From NCBI GenBank assembly GCA_963754315.1, contig CAVWFS010000007.1, forward strand, positions 128,001 to 192,000: a DNA stretch of 64,000 nt. Reading direction: 5' to 3'. The stretch's first letter is position 1; each line of letters starts with the position of its first letter. The DNA is from an uncultured Candidatus Rokubacteria bacterium. GTDB taxonomy: Bacteria; Methylomirabilota; Methylomirabilia; Rokubacteriales; CSP1-6. Both the position numbers and the translations under genes were made by a program. The notes beneath the pieces are model-generated. The model made no database searches and was not told where the DNA came from. It saw only the letters and a program-made list of their open reading frames with translations. Below are positions 11,715 through 21,538 of this stretch, one piece after another.

Positions 11715-12133
11715 TGAATCGCGGACGGCGCGTGGGAATGTTGATGATGCTGATAGGCATCGTGGGTATGGTCGCCATGGGCTGCGCCAGCAGTGGGTGG
11801 CCGAAGTTCATCGGCCAGGATGGGATCACGAGCCTGACCGGGACGTGGCAAGGGGGGCTGATAGGCCACACGGGAGGACTGGTCCCCATGGGCGTCACGG
11901 TCAACCCTGACGGGACGTACGTCACCGCGGCCGAGAACTATAGTAGCCGTGGAACCGCGAGCGTGCGTGACGGCACCTTCGTCCTGCAGCCGACCGGGAC
12001 CCCGGCGGGCCAAGCGCCTGAGCCGACCGCGGTGGCGACGTTGTCCCAGCGCGATGACGGTGCCCTCGTCCTCACGGGCGCGGGGCGAAGCGACGCCGGC
12101 CCCTTCTCGTTCGTCGTCACGAAGATGAAGTGA
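11711..12133 (+). CDS. Hypothetical lipoprotein
   Basis: Basic N-terminus, hydrophobic stretch and lipobox VAMG-C; beta-rich body LTGTWQG. Confidence 0.6.
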   Translation: MMNRGRRVGMLMMLIGIVGMVAMGCASSGWPKFIGQDGITSLTGTWQGGLIGHTGGLVPMGVTVNPDGTYVTAAENYSSRGTASVRDGTFVLQPTGTPAGQAPEPTAVATLSQRDDGALVLTGAGRSDAGPFSFVVTKMK

Positions 12134-12157
12134 TATGTGCGGGCGAGCGCGGAGCGG

Positions 12158-12622
12158 CTATCGATCCCAACCGAGGGTGGCATAGGCGGCCAGCAGTCCG
12201 GCAGCGATCAGGAAGGCCATACTCGCCGTCGCGATTCCCAGCCACGTCAACCATGCCACCAGCCCCAGCAGGACTGCCGTCCCGACGTTCGCGCCAAGCA
12301 CCAAGAGGGCGGTCTCCGCGTGCGTGGACAGCCTGGGCATCGTGCCCGGCGTTGCCGGCCTCCAGTCTCGGGCGCCCACCAGAAGCCGGCAGTCAGGACA
12401 GTAGACGGCCGGTTTGGCCTCGTCACGGTAGCGCAGGAGCAGGTCCTCGCATTCGTGGCCGTCCCGAGTGAGCTCGTGCTCGATGGCCCACGTCTCGACA
12501 TCCACGACGGCGACCAGCTCGACGATCTCGGTCGGTGGGGAGGCTGGGGGCAGGACGATCTTCGGAAACAGCGTTCCCGCCAGCCCGTCCGATTCGCCAC
12601 CGCGACTCTCCGGCACGCTCAC
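12158..12622 (-). CDS. Hypothetical membrane protein (possible Zn-ribbon plus two C-terminal TM helices)
   Basis: GGGAGGGAG RBS before GTG; HEC...YCPDC pattern; hydrophobic C-terminus. Confidence 0.5.
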   Translation of the reverse strand: MSVPESRGGESDGLAGTLFPKIVLPPASPPTEIVELVAVVDVETWAIEHELTRDGHECEDLLLRYRDEAKPAVYCPDCRLLVGARDWRPATPGTMPRLSTHAETALLVLGANVGTAVLLGLVAWLTWLGIATASMAFLIAAGLLAAYATLGWDR

Positions 12623-12760
12623 CGCACTCCCTCCCAGAGGGTCGCACCGAATCGACCCTGGGACAACCCAGACCGCAGAGCGAATCGCCGTGCATGATGA
12701 AGCAGAGTTCGGCTGAGTTGGGCTCCCTTCCCTGCCGCCGCAAGCGGACGACGTCCCGAG

Positions 12761-12994
12761 ATGCCGAACCAAGTTAGCCGGGTCACGGTGGAGCGCTGGC
12801 TGCTGTCCCGCGGATTCGTGCTCCGCGCCGGCGGAAAGACCAGCCATCGCCACTTCGTGCGCGCGGGAGTCGTGATAACCCTTCCCGGCCACGGACCTCA
12901 GGATCTGACGAAGAAGCATGTCGGTATGATCATCCGCCAGCTTGAGCGAGCGGGGTTTGATCGTGCCGAGGTTCGACGCGACTTTCAGGCCTGA
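12761..12994 (+). CDS. HicA-like mRNA interferase (type II toxin fold)
   Basis: 77 aa; LLSRGF..R..GKTSHRHF....ITLPGHG..DL...V.MIIRQ matches the HicA pattern. Confidence 0.7.
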   Translation: MPNQVSRVTVERWLLSRGFVLRAGGKTSHRHFVRAGVVITLPGHGPQDLTKKHVGMIIRQLERAGFDRAEVRRDFQA

Positions 12995-13118
12995 GAGGCG
13001 ATCACATATCGCCCTCATCCAAGGGTATACTCGGGGCTGACGGCCGTGGCTTGCGGCCCCGGTGGGGGTGCCCAGGCCGCCGCTCTCACACTCCACACAC
13101 CCCACGGAGGAGTCGAAC

Positions 13119-13751
13119 ATGAAGCTCAGCAGAGCCGCTACCACGCTTGCCGTCGCCTCGCTCGTTGCCTACGCGCCGATGACCTGGGCGCAGACGTCCA
13201 CGCCGGCCCCCGCCACACCGGCGCCGAAGACGTCCGCCGAGGCTCCGCCGGCCCAGAAGAAGCCAGGCGTGGGGGAAGTCCGGGCCATCAAGTTGCATGG
13301 CACCGTCGCCGCCGTCGACAAGGAGGGGAAAACCATCACGCTCAAGGGCTCGAAGGGACGCACGGTGATCCTCGACGTGCACGACCCGACCAAGCTCGAG
13401 GCCGTCAAAGTCGGCGATCCAGTGGTCGCGACGTATTACGAGGCGGTGGCCATCCAGGTGAAGCCGGCCGGCTCCGCGACCCCGAGCGTCACCGTCCAGG
13501 AGGGCCGCGCAGGCTCCAAGCCCGGTGAGAATCCGGCCGGAGTCATCGCCCGCGAGGTGACCATGGTCGGCACCATCACCGCCGTGAACCCCAAGGCGCC
13601 ATCGGTCACCATCAAGGGGCCCAAGGGCCGGACGGAGACGGTGAAGGTGAGGGACGCCAAGAATCTGGCCAACGTGAAGGCGGGCGACATGGTCGAACTG
13701 ACCTACGCCCAGGCGTTCGCGGTCGCCCTGGACAAAGCCGCGAAGCACTGA
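13119..13751 (+). CDS. Secreted protein with two OB-fold-like repeats
   Basis: GGAGG RBS; signal peptide; duplicated GTV.AVD...ITLKG.KGRT....V.D...L..VK.GD.V..TY unit. Confidence 0.75.
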   Translation: MKLSRAATTLAVASLVAYAPMTWAQTSTPAPATPAPKTSAEAPPAQKKPGVGEVRAIKLHGTVAAVDKEGKTITLKGSKGRTVILDVHDPTKLEAVKVGDPVVATYYEAVAIQVKPAGSATPSVTVQEGRAGSKPGENPAGVIAREVTMVGTITAVNPKAPSVTIKGPKGRTETVKVRDAKNLANVKAGDMVELTYAQAFAVALDKAAKH

Positions 13752-13764
13752 GACCTCGACCGGG

Positions 13765-13796
13765 CCCAGGCGCGCAGCGCAGAGTGCGCGCCTGGG
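13765..13796. terminator. Hairpin between convergent genes
   Basis: 12-bp perfect stem CCCAGGCGCGCA / TGCGCGCCTGGG, 8-nt loop, no U-tract. Confidence 0.5.
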
Positions 13797-13806
13797 TGAC
13801 CCAGAC

Positions 13807-16251
13807 CTAAACGTTATCGGCCTCGGTCGAGCTGCCCGGCGCCCGCGCTGGGCCCTGCTGGCCCCACTGCCAGCCGCTGATCTCCGGCTGGTCCTCGCCG
13901 TGCTCGACGACGTATTGCCGGTGCGTGATGAGGGCCTCGTGAATCGCCTGCTTGAAGTACGCCGCCCGCGCTCCCAACGTGGGCACGCGGTCAATGACGT
14001 CCCCCACCAGGTGGAAGCGGTCGAGACGATTCAGCACGCACATGTCGAAGGGCGTCGTCGTCGTGCCCTCTTCAACGTAGCCGCGCACGTGAATGCTCTT
14101 GTGGTTGGTGCGCCGATAGGTGAGCCGGTGGATCAAGTTGGGATAACCGTGAAAGGCGAAGACGACGGGCCGGTCCGTCGTGAAGAGCACGTCGAAGTCC
14201 CGGTCGCTCAGGCCGTGTGGATGCTCACTCTGCGACTGGAGCTTCATGAGATCCACCACGTTGATGACGCGAATCTTCACCTCGGGCAGGTGGCGGCGGA
14301 GGAGCTCGACGGCGGCGAGCGTTTCCAGAGTAGGCACGTCGCCGCAGCAGGCCATGACCACGTCGGGCTCACCGCCCTGGTCGTTGCTGGCCCACGGCCA
14401 GATCCCGATGCCCGCCGTGCAATGCTTGATGGCCTGGTCCATGGTCAACCACTGCGGGGCCGGCTGCTTGCCGGCCACGACCACGTTGACGTAGTTCCGG
14501 CTGCGCAGGCAGTGGTCGGTGACCGATAGCAAGCAGTTGGCATCCGGCGGCAAGTACACCCGGACCACCTCGGCCTTCTTGTTGACCACGTGGTCGATGA
14601 AGCCTGGATCCTGGTGGCTGAAGCCGTTGTGGTCCTGCCGCCAGACGTGGCTGGACAGGAGATAGTTGAGCGAGGCGATGGGCCGGCGCCACGGGATGTG
14701 CCGGGTGATCTTCAGCCACTTTGCGTGCTGGTTGAACATCGAGTCGATGATGTGGATGAAGGCTTCGTAGCACGAGAAGAAGCCGTGGCGGCCGGTCAGG
14801 AGATAGCCCTCGAGCCAGCCCTGGCACTGGTGCTCGCTGAGCACCTCCATCACGCGGCCGTCGGGAGCCAGGCGGTCGTCGTAGTCGACACGGTCGGCGA
14901 CCCACGTCCGGTTGGTGACCTCCAGCACATCCTGCCAGCGGTTCGAGTTGCTCTCGTCCGGGCTGAAGAGGCGGAAATTCCGGGCCTCCAGATTCCGTTT
15001 CATCACGTCACGGAGGAACACGCCCATGACCCGGGTGGCCTCGGCGTTCGTCGCCCCCGGCCGGGGAACATTCACGGCGTAATCGCGGAAGTCGGGCATG
15101 CGCAGGTCCTTGAGGAGCAGCCCGCCGTTGGCATGGGGGATGGCGCTCATGCGTCGTTCGCCCCGCGGGGCGAGGGCGGCCAGTTCGGGAACGAGCTTGC
15201 CCTTCTCGTCGAACAGCTCCCCTGGCCGGTAGCTCTTCATCCATTGCTCGAGGAGCTGCACGTGGGCGGGGTTCTCGTGCATCTCACCCATCGGCACCTG
15301 GTGGGAGCGCCAGTAGTCCTCCGTGCGCTTGCCGTCAATCTCCTTGGGACAGGTCCAGCCCTTGGGAGAGCGCAGGACGATCATGGGCCAGCGCGGACGC
15401 GCCGTGTTGCCGTTCCGACGCGCGTCAGACTGGATCCGGCCGATCTCGGCAATGACCGTGTCGAGGGTGCTCGCCATGAGCTGGTGCATCTTCTCCGGTT
15501 CGTGACCTTCGACGAAATAGGGCGTGTAGCCGTAGCCTCGGAAGAGATGGTCCAGCTCCTCATGGCTGATGCGGGCCAGCACCGTCGGGTTCGCGATCTT
15601 GTAGCCGTTGAGGTGCAGGATCGGCAGCACAGCACCGTCCAGGGCGGGATTGAGGAACTTGTTGGAGTGCCAGCTGGTGGCCAGCGCTCCGGTCTCCGCC
15701 TCGCCGTCACCGACCACGCAGGCCACGATCAGATCAGGGTTGTCGAAGGCGGCGCCGTAGGCGTGGGAGAGGGCGTAGCCCAGCTCGCCGCCCTCGTGGA
15801 TGGAGCCAGGCGTTTCCGGGGCGACGTGGCTCGGGATGCCACCGGGGAACGAGAACTGCTTGAACAGCCGCAGCAAACCGTCCTCGTCCTGGCTGATGTT
15901 CGGATAGACCTCGCTGTAGGTGCCCTCCAGGTAGGCGTTGGCGACGAGACCGGGTCCACCGTGCCCGGGACCCGTGATGTAGAGCATGCTGAGGTCGTGC
16001 TGCTTGATCACCCGGTTCAGGTGGGCGTACAGGAAGTTGAGGCCCGGCGTCGTACCCCAGTGGCCGAGGAGGCGTGGCTTGACGTGCTCCTTGGTGAGGG
16101 GTTGCTTCAAGAGGGGGTTGTCATAGAGGTAGATCTGCCCGACCGAGAGATAGTTGGCCGCGCGCCAGTAGGCGTCGATCTTGCGCAGCTCATCGGCTGA
16201 GAGTGGGTTGCTGGCGCCGCCGCGTGCGGGCTTCGTGGCCGGAGTGCTCAT
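13807..16251 (-). CDS. xfp: Phosphoketolase (Xfp/Xpk)
   Basis: [20 protein letters not shown] motif [34 protein letters not shown]. Confidence 0.96.
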   Translation of the reverse strand: MSTPATKPARGGASNPLSADELRKIDAYWRAANYLSVGQIYLYDNPLLKQPLTKEHVKPRLLGHWGTTPGLNFLYAHLNRVIKQHDLSMLYITGPGHGGPGLVANAYLEGTYSEVYPNISQDEDGLLRLFKQFSFPGGIPSHVAPETPGSIHEGGELGYALSHAYGAAFDNPDLIVACVVGDGEAETGALATSWHSNKFLNPALDGAVLPILHLNGYKIANPTVLARISHEELDHLFRGYGYTPYFVEGHEPEKMHQLMASTLDTVIAEIGRIQSDARRNGNTARPRWPMIVLRSPKGWTCPKEIDGKRTEDYWRSHQVPMGEMHENPAHVQLLEQWMKSYRPGELFDEKGKLVPELAALAPRGERRMSAIPHANGGLLLKDLRMPDFRDYAVNVPRPGATNAEATRVMGVFLRDVMKRNLEARNFRLFSPDESNSNRWQDVLEVTNRTWVADRVDYDDRLAPDGRVMEVLSEHQCQGWLEGYLLTGRHGFFSCYEAFIHIIDSMFNQHAKWLKITRHIPWRRPIASLNYLLSSHVWRQDHNGFSHQDPGFIDHVVNKKAEVVRVYLPPDANCLLSVTDHCLRSRNYVNVVVAGKQPAPQWLTMDQAIKHCTAGIGIWPWASNDQGGEPDVVMACCGDVPTLETLAAVELLRRHLPEVKIRVINVVDLMKLQSQSEHPHGLSDRDFDVLFTTDRPVVFAFHGYPNLIHRLTYRRTNHKSIHVRGYVEEGTTTTPFDMCVLNRLDRFHLVGDVIDRVPTLGARAAYFKQAIHEALITHRQYVVEHGEDQPEISGWQWGQQGPARAPGSSTEADNV

Positions 16252-16456
16252 GTCTGGGGCTCCTGCTCTGGGTAGCTTGGAGTAGGTTCACGTCCGCCTT
16301 CCGCGGTACAGGGCGTTCGCCATGCCTACGCGGGAGGCCAGTGTCCTCCATATGACCATATCCCACAACGGTCCCCTCGCGTCGACGATCTCGCGCGTGG
16401 GGTCGTCGGCGAATCTATTCCCACACTGGCTCGCAGGACGTCGACCACCGCGCTTG

Positions 16457-17854
16457 TCACTGCTTTCGCGCGGCGCGGTCGGCGGCGAGCTGTCCCTGGC
16501 GAGCGAGGTCGATCGTCTCTCCCAGGATCCGTGCAAGCTCCTGGGGCGCGTGGAACCCCATGGAGTTCTCGGCGGCCACGAAGTCGAGCCGCCACTGAGC
16601 TTTCCGATGCAACGCCTGCGCCGCCTGGACGTCGGCGTCCCTCGTACCGGCCTTGCGGGCGGCCACGATGGCGTCCAGCAGGTCGGTGGTGGCCTTGGCC
16701 GCCCGCTGAAGCAGCTCGTGATGCCGGTCCTGGATGGTGAGCACGCGGCTCTCGAGCTCCTTCTCGGGTACGGCATGGCAGGGCTGGCAGGCCCGATTGA
16801 TGTTGAGCAGCGGGCTGCGGACCCAGTGGTCGCTCACCTTGAGGGCGCCCACCCGTTCGTAGGGCATGTGGCAGTCCGCGCACGCCACGCCGGCCCGCGC
16901 GTGGATGCCCTGGTTCCACACCTCGAACTCCGGATGCTGGGCCTTGAGCACCTTGGTCCCCGTCTCGGCGTGCACCCAGTCCGTGAAGCCTTCCTTGTCG
17001 TAATAGGCTTCGATCTCCTCGACCTTGAGGCCGTTCGCCCACGGGTAGGTGACGATCTTGCCGTCTCCCTTGAAGTAGTACTCCACGTGGCACTGACCGC
17101 AGACGTACGACCGCATCTCCTGGCGGGTGGCGCTGCGGTTCGGATCGTAGTCGGGGATGCCCTGCTTGGCCTTGAGCGCCTTGATCCCCGCCAGAAACGC
17201 GGGGCGGGTCACCCGCAGGGCCATGGTCTTCGGGTCGTGGCAGTCGACGCAGGCGAGCGGATGCTGGAGCAGAGGCTGGCCCTTGTCGTCCTTCATGCCG
17301 TGCGCTTGTTCGTAGGGCATGCCGGATACCTGCTCGAAGCCCTTCGTGACGTCACCCTTGCCGACGAAGCGGTACAGGGCGAGATTTGCCGCGTGACACT
17401 GGATGCACGCGCCAGGCTGTTTCTTCTCGGTCACACGGCGCGTCTGCTCCTGATCGAAGAGGGCGTACGCGTGGCCCCGGCGGTCGCGGTAGTCAATGGC
17501 AAAGGCGTAGCCGGCGAAGATGCGTCGGAGCCACGGCTCCCGTTCGAGCTTCTGCTCCGCGGGTCCGCCGTCGCTGGCGCCGAGGCCTCGGCCGCCGTAC
17601 TTCGTCGCGGTCGGCAGTGACGTCTTGAGATAGCTGTCGTATTCGGCAGGCCAGTTCTGACCCCACACCTTCGGGTCCATGGTGTCCTCGCTCACCTCGA
17701 CGACGCGTACGAAGGGCTGACGGGCCTCCTGCTTGCGCTCGAAGATATTGGTGAGGAGCGACAGGAGCAGCACGGTGAGCCCGGCAGCACCCAGGAAGCC
17801 GAGGACGACCAGTAACCAGCTCTGCCACCGCCTTGCGCGAACACCATCGGTCAT
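16457..17854 (-). CDS. nrfA: Pentaheme cytochrome c nitrite reductase NrfA (CxxCH first-heme variant)
   Basis: Five heme motifs CIQCH, CVDCH, CGQCH(VEYYF), [28 protein letters not shown]; adjacent nrfH. Confidence 0.93.
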   Translation of the reverse strand: MTDGVRARRWQSWLLVVLGFLGAAGLTVLLLSLLTNIFERKQEARQPFVRVVEVSEDTMDPKVWGQNWPAEYDSYLKTSLPTATKYGGRGLGASDGGPAEQKLEREPWLRRIFAGYAFAIDYRDRRGHAYALFDQEQTRRVTEKKQPGACIQCHAANLALYRFVGKGDVTKGFEQVSGMPYEQAHGMKDDKGQPLLQHPLACVDCHDPKTMALRVTRPAFLAGIKALKAKQGIPDYDPNRSATRQEMRSYVCGQCHVEYYFKGDGKIVTYPWANGLKVEEIEAYYDKEGFTDWVHAETGTKVLKAQHPEFEVWNQGIHARAGVACADCHMPYERVGALKVSDHWVRSPLLNINRACQPCHAVPEKELESRVLTIQDRHHELLQRAAKATTDLLDAIVAARKAGTRDADVQAAQALHRKAQWRLDFVAAENSMGFHAPQELARILGETIDLARQGQLAADRAARKQ

Positions 17855-17874
17855 CCTGTGCCCCTTTTCAGGAC

Positions 17875-18330
17875 CTAACCGCCGGCGCCATGGCCGGCGC
17901 CGGCGTGACAGTGCAGACAGTCGATCTCCCCGCGCGCCGGTGTCGTCGTCAGGAGCACGTGGTCCACGAAGGCGGCGTGACAGCGTACGCAGTTTTCCTG
18001 CACCAGACGCCGGTCCCGGGCCGTGATCTCGATCGGCTCCTTGAAGTTCTGCAGCGTGAACGCCGCCGAATGCCGGAACCCGTGCTCCGCTTTGGCGACC
18101 CACTTGGCGAGACCCTCGTGTGGGAGGTGGCACTCGACACACGTCGCGGTGTGCCGGTGGCCGCTCTTGAGCCAGGCCTCGTACTGCTCGTTCATGATGT
18201 GGCAGTTCACGCACGCTCGGGGGTCGCTCGAGAGATAGGAGAAACCCTTGGCATACACGAACGTGAAGGCTCCCACCCCGGCCGGGACGGCGACGAGGAC
18301 GGCGAGGAGGAGTCCCGGAATCGCCGTCAT
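17875..18330 (-). CDS. nrfH: Tetraheme quinol dehydrogenase NrfH
   Basis: N-terminal [17 protein letters not shown], plus CVECH, CVRCH, CLHCH. Confidence 0.93.
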   Translation of the reverse strand: MTAIPGLLLAVLVAVPAGVGAFTFVYAKGFSYLSSDPRACVNCHIMNEQYEAWLKSGHRHTATCVECHLPHEGLAKWVAKAEHGFRHSAAFTLQNFKEPIEITARDRRLVQENCVRCHAAFVDHVLLTTTPARGEIDCLHCHAGAGHGAGG

Positions 18331-18446
18331 CGCTCCCGCAAGCCCCCCAAGCTGGTCGACGCCCGGAGAACCCTGGTTGCTCCTCGATAGTCAGTCACGC
18401 CCCTAGCTCATTGCTGGTCGACGTCGGCGCGATCGGTCATCTCGCA

Positions 18447-18503
18447 TCGAGCTTATCCCGACTCCGCCGGCGTGGTCCAGCGCGTGGCTCGGGGTAGCTG
18501 CCC
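18447..18503 (-). repeat. 57-bp element upstream of nrfH (copy 1)
   Basis: 52/57 identical to 24402-24458 by direct alignment. Confidence 0.9.
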
Positions 18504-18511
18504 CGAGGACA

Positions 18512-19939
18512 TCAAAAGAGATCCAGCTCGTAGTTGACGATCAGGCGAAAGTCCTTGACCAGTTTGCCCCCGCCGCGACCGATGTAGGCGTTGCGGAAGC
18601 GCAGCGAGAGGCCCTTGACGGCGGGTACGTTGTAGACGATGTCCAGATCTCCCTCGTGCGTGTCCGGCAACCCGGCGCCCGTTGGCGGGTCCACTCGATC
18701 CCGACCCGCGGCATAGATCATGTACACGCTCAGACCCTGAATCTGGAAGGGGAGCAGCGTTCCCCCAAAGTCGTACCTGACGCCCAGGCCGTAGGCGAGC
18801 TCGCCGGCGCGGTCGAACTCGGTCACCTGCAACGAGAGGTAGCCCGGCCACGTGCCGTAGGGCGTCCGGATCGAGGCGTTGTCGCTCGTCTTGTGCATGG
18901 CCGCGCCCACCCGCAGTCCCCTCCAAAGGACTCGTCCACCCCCGCCGATGTTCCACGTGCTGAAGTTTCCCAGGCGCGCGTCCCCCACGCTCCGCTGATC
19001 GGTGTACTGGATGCCGAACTGCAGGGCCAGGTCCTCGCTGAGCTTGTGGGTGTACTCGGCCTTGCCGAACGCGGTGTTGAAGACGTTGGCCACGTTGTAG
19101 TTGGCGGCGTACAGGGACAGGTCCTTGATCGGCGTGAGGGCCAGCGCCGTGAGGAGGAGACCCTCGTTTTTGCCGAGGGCCCCGGCCTGCTTGGACATCG
19201 AGATGAAGTCGTTCGAGTCCCGGGGCTTGATGTCCCAGATGTACCCCACGTCGTACTGCGCCCAGCCCACCTGGCCAGAGAGCATGAGGGCCTCGAACGT
19301 GTTCGGGAGCATCCGATTATCCTGTGGGTTCACGTAGCCCTCGTCGATCCGCTGGCGATAGCCCCTGAGGATCGCATAGTCCTTGTAGCGAAGGGCCGCC
19401 CACGCCTCGGCCACGACCCCGATCTCACCCTGCCCCGGGGTGAGCAAGAGGCTGCCGGGCCTGTCAGCCGGGGCGTAGGCCGGCAGGGACGTGTAATACG
19501 CCGCGCCGATCGCGAAGGTGTCGAGGAGCCACCCGGACTCGTACCTCACCCAGCCGCCGAGTGTCCACGCCTCGCTGGCTGTGTCGTCATCGTTCTCCCG
19601 ATTGAAGTAGAAGGACCGGAAGTGCAGCTGGATCTGGGTGTCGGCGAAGAAGGCAGGAAGGCGGCGCCGTTGCTCGGTGAGCTGGGGGTAGACGCGCTCC
19701 AGGAGTCCGGTCTCGGGAACGGGATTCGCCACGCTGTCGGGCGACCGAACGAAGTTGTCGCTTTCGATAGCGCCTGGCGGTGGACCGATCAACTCTGCCT
19801 GCTCTGCGCTGGCCGGCGCGGCGGGCGGCTCTGGGCTGCCCGGCGCCGGCGGCTCTGCGCTGCCGGGCGCGGCGGGCAAGAGTACGAGCCCGGCGGCCGC
19901 GGCCAAGACGAGGACAATCGCCGACCCTCCAGCGTTCAC
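18512..19939 (-). CDS. OprD/Occ-family outer membrane porin
   Basis: Signal peptide, Pro-rich linker, HFRSFYFNR, NPQDNRMLPNTFE, terminal FRLIVNYELDLF (C-terminal Phe). Confidence 0.8.
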   Translation of the reverse strand: MNAGGSAIVLVLAAAAGLVLLPAAPGSAEPPAPGSPEPPAAPASAEQAELIGPPPGAIESDNFVRSPDSVANPVPETGLLERVYPQLTEQRRRLPAFFADTQIQLHFRSFYFNRENDDDTASEAWTLGGWVRYESGWLLDTFAIGAAYYTSLPAYAPADRPGSLLLTPGQGEIGVVAEAWAALRYKDYAILRGYRQRIDEGYVNPQDNRMLPNTFEALMLSGQVGWAQYDVGYIWDIKPRDSNDFISMSKQAGALGKNEGLLLTALALTPIKDLSLYAANYNVANVFNTAFGKAEYTHKLSEDLALQFGIQYTDQRSVGDARLGNFSTWNIGGGGRVLWRGLRVGAAMHKTSDNASIRTPYGTWPGYLSLQVTEFDRAGELAYGLGVRYDFGGTLLPFQIQGLSVYMIYAAGRDRVDPPTGAGLPDTHEGDLDIVYNVPAVKGLSLRFRNAYIGRGGGKLVKDFRLIVNYELDLF

Positions 19940-19953
19940 TCAGTCGGACCGTG

Positions 19954-21483
19954 CTAGTCGACGTTGCCGAGCATCAGTGCAGTGAACAGCGTGGTCAGCG
20001 CGGTGATGACCAGGATGCCGGCGAGGTTCATCCAGAACCCGGCCTTCATCATCTGCGGCAGCCGCACCAGCCCGGTTCCGAACACGATTGCGTTCGGGGG
20101 CGTTCCAACCGGCATCATGTAGGCGCTGCTCGCGCCGAGCGTGCATGCGAGGATCAGGACGTAGGGGTTCATCCCGAGCACCGGCGACATGGCGGCCAGC
20201 ACCGGCACCATGGTCGAGACCTGCGCCGTGTTGGAGGTGAGCTCGGACAGGAAGACCGTCATGGTGGTAATCGCCAGCAGCAGCACGAGGGGGGGCAGGC
20301 CGGCCAGGGCGCGGGTCGAGTTGCCGATGAACTCCGCCACGCCGTTCGTCTCGATGGCGGCGGCGAGCGTCAGCCCTCCCCCGAAGAGCATCAACACACC
20401 CCACGGGAGTTTCCGGGCCGTTTCCCAGTCCATCGCTCGGGTGCCCTTCGCGCGATCCGCGGGGATCACGAACAGCGCCATCGCCGCCAGCATGGCAATG
20501 CCCGCGTCGGAGAGCCCGCCCAGCGGCTTCACGCCCGCGACCGCCATGCCCTTGAGCAGCGGGTTGAAGATCCAGAGAAACGCGGTGACGGAAAACACCG
20601 CCAACACGATCTTCTCGCCCCGCGTGAAGGGGCCCAGCTTGAGGTACTCCTCGTCGAAATGCTGGCGGCCACCCTCGATCTCGCCGATGTCGGCGCGGAA
20701 CAGGACGCGCGTGACCAGCAGCCAGGCGATCGGCAGGAAAATAAGCGTGAACGGTCCGCCCAGCAGCAGCCAGTCGAAGAAACTCACTTCCTTGCCGAAC
20801 GTCTGCTCCACGTAGCGCACGGCGATGCCGTTGGGTGGCGAACCGATGATGGTCGCCACGCCGCCGATCGATGCCGCGTACGCGATGCAGAGCAGCAGGC
20901 CGGTAGCGAATGTGCGCTCCGGAACCAAATCCTGAGGTATTCCGCCCGATTCCTTCAGGCCGGCGCCGGTACGGCTGCGCAATACCAGGTCGATGACGCT
21001 CAGGGCGATCGGCACCATCATCGCCGTGCACGCGGTGTTCGAGACCCACATGCTCAGGAAGGCGGTGACCGCCATGAAGCCGCCGACGATGGCTCCCGGC
21101 CTGGCCCCGACCAGGCGCAAGGTGAAGAAGGCGATGCGCCGGTCGAGGCCCCAGCGCTCGATGGCGAGCCCGATGATGAAGCCGCCCATGAAGAGGAAAA
21201 TCACATCCGCGGCGTAGGGCGGCAAGACTTTGCTGAGGGGCGCAATGCCCAGCAGCGGGAAGGTCACGATCGGCAGGAGAGCGGTCGCCTCGATATCCAC
21301 CGCCTCGGTGAGCCACCAGCCGGCCATCCAGACCATCATGGCTAGCGTGGCACGTCCCTCTTGTGTGAACGCGACCCACTCGCCCGAAACGGTCGAGTAA
21401 TGAGGGGGGAGCAGGCCGTAGCAGAGCAGCCCGAGCACCGGCCCGCCGACCAGGCCGATCCGCTTGACCGTCGCGGCCGTCAT
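19954..21483 (-). CDS. DASS/SLC13 family dicarboxylate/anion transporter
   Basis: Two SNT motifs (MWVSNTA, ELTSNTA), IGSPPN, MMPVGTPPNAIVF. Confidence 0.92.
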   Translation of the reverse strand: MTAATVKRIGLVGGPVLGLLCYGLLPPHYSTVSGEWVAFTQEGRATLAMMVWMAGWWLTEAVDIEATALLPIVTFPLLGIAPLSKVLPPYAADVIFLFMGGFIIGLAIERWGLDRRIAFFTLRLVGARPGAIVGGFMAVTAFLSMWVSNTACTAMMVPIALSVIDLVLRSRTGAGLKESGGIPQDLVPERTFATGLLLCIAYAASIGGVATIIGSPPNGIAVRYVEQTFGKEVSFFDWLLLGGPFTLIFLPIAWLLVTRVLFRADIGEIEGGRQHFDEEYLKLGPFTRGEKIVLAVFSVTAFLWIFNPLLKGMAVAGVKPLGGLSDAGIAMLAAMALFVIPADRAKGTRAMDWETARKLPWGVLMLFGGGLTLAAAIETNGVAEFIGNSTRALAGLPPLVLLLAITTMTVFLSELTSNTAQVSTMVPVLAAMSPVLGMNPYVLILACTLGASSAYMMPVGTPPNAIVFGTGLVRLPQMMKAGFWMNLAGILVITALTTLFTALMLGNVD

Positions 21484-21538
21484 CCGGGAGCCCCCTGGCC
21501 TGCACCAACCTCCTCCGGATTCGCTCCCAATGATTCGC

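Noticed and set aside
8740..13100. attL copy of the tRNA-Leu 3' end marking the island's left border
   Set aside because: No match to TGGTGCCGGGGGAGG found by eye, so the left boundary remains undefined.
16330..16380. FNR/CRP box upstream of xfp (also sought before nrfH, aspA and zwf)
   Set aside because: No convincing TTGAT-N4-ATCAA or TGTGA-N6-TCACA match.
17855..18214. N-terminal extension of NrfA overlapping nrfH
   Set aside because: Shadow frame over nrfH; ATG 17854 followed by a hydrophobic anchor is the plausible start.
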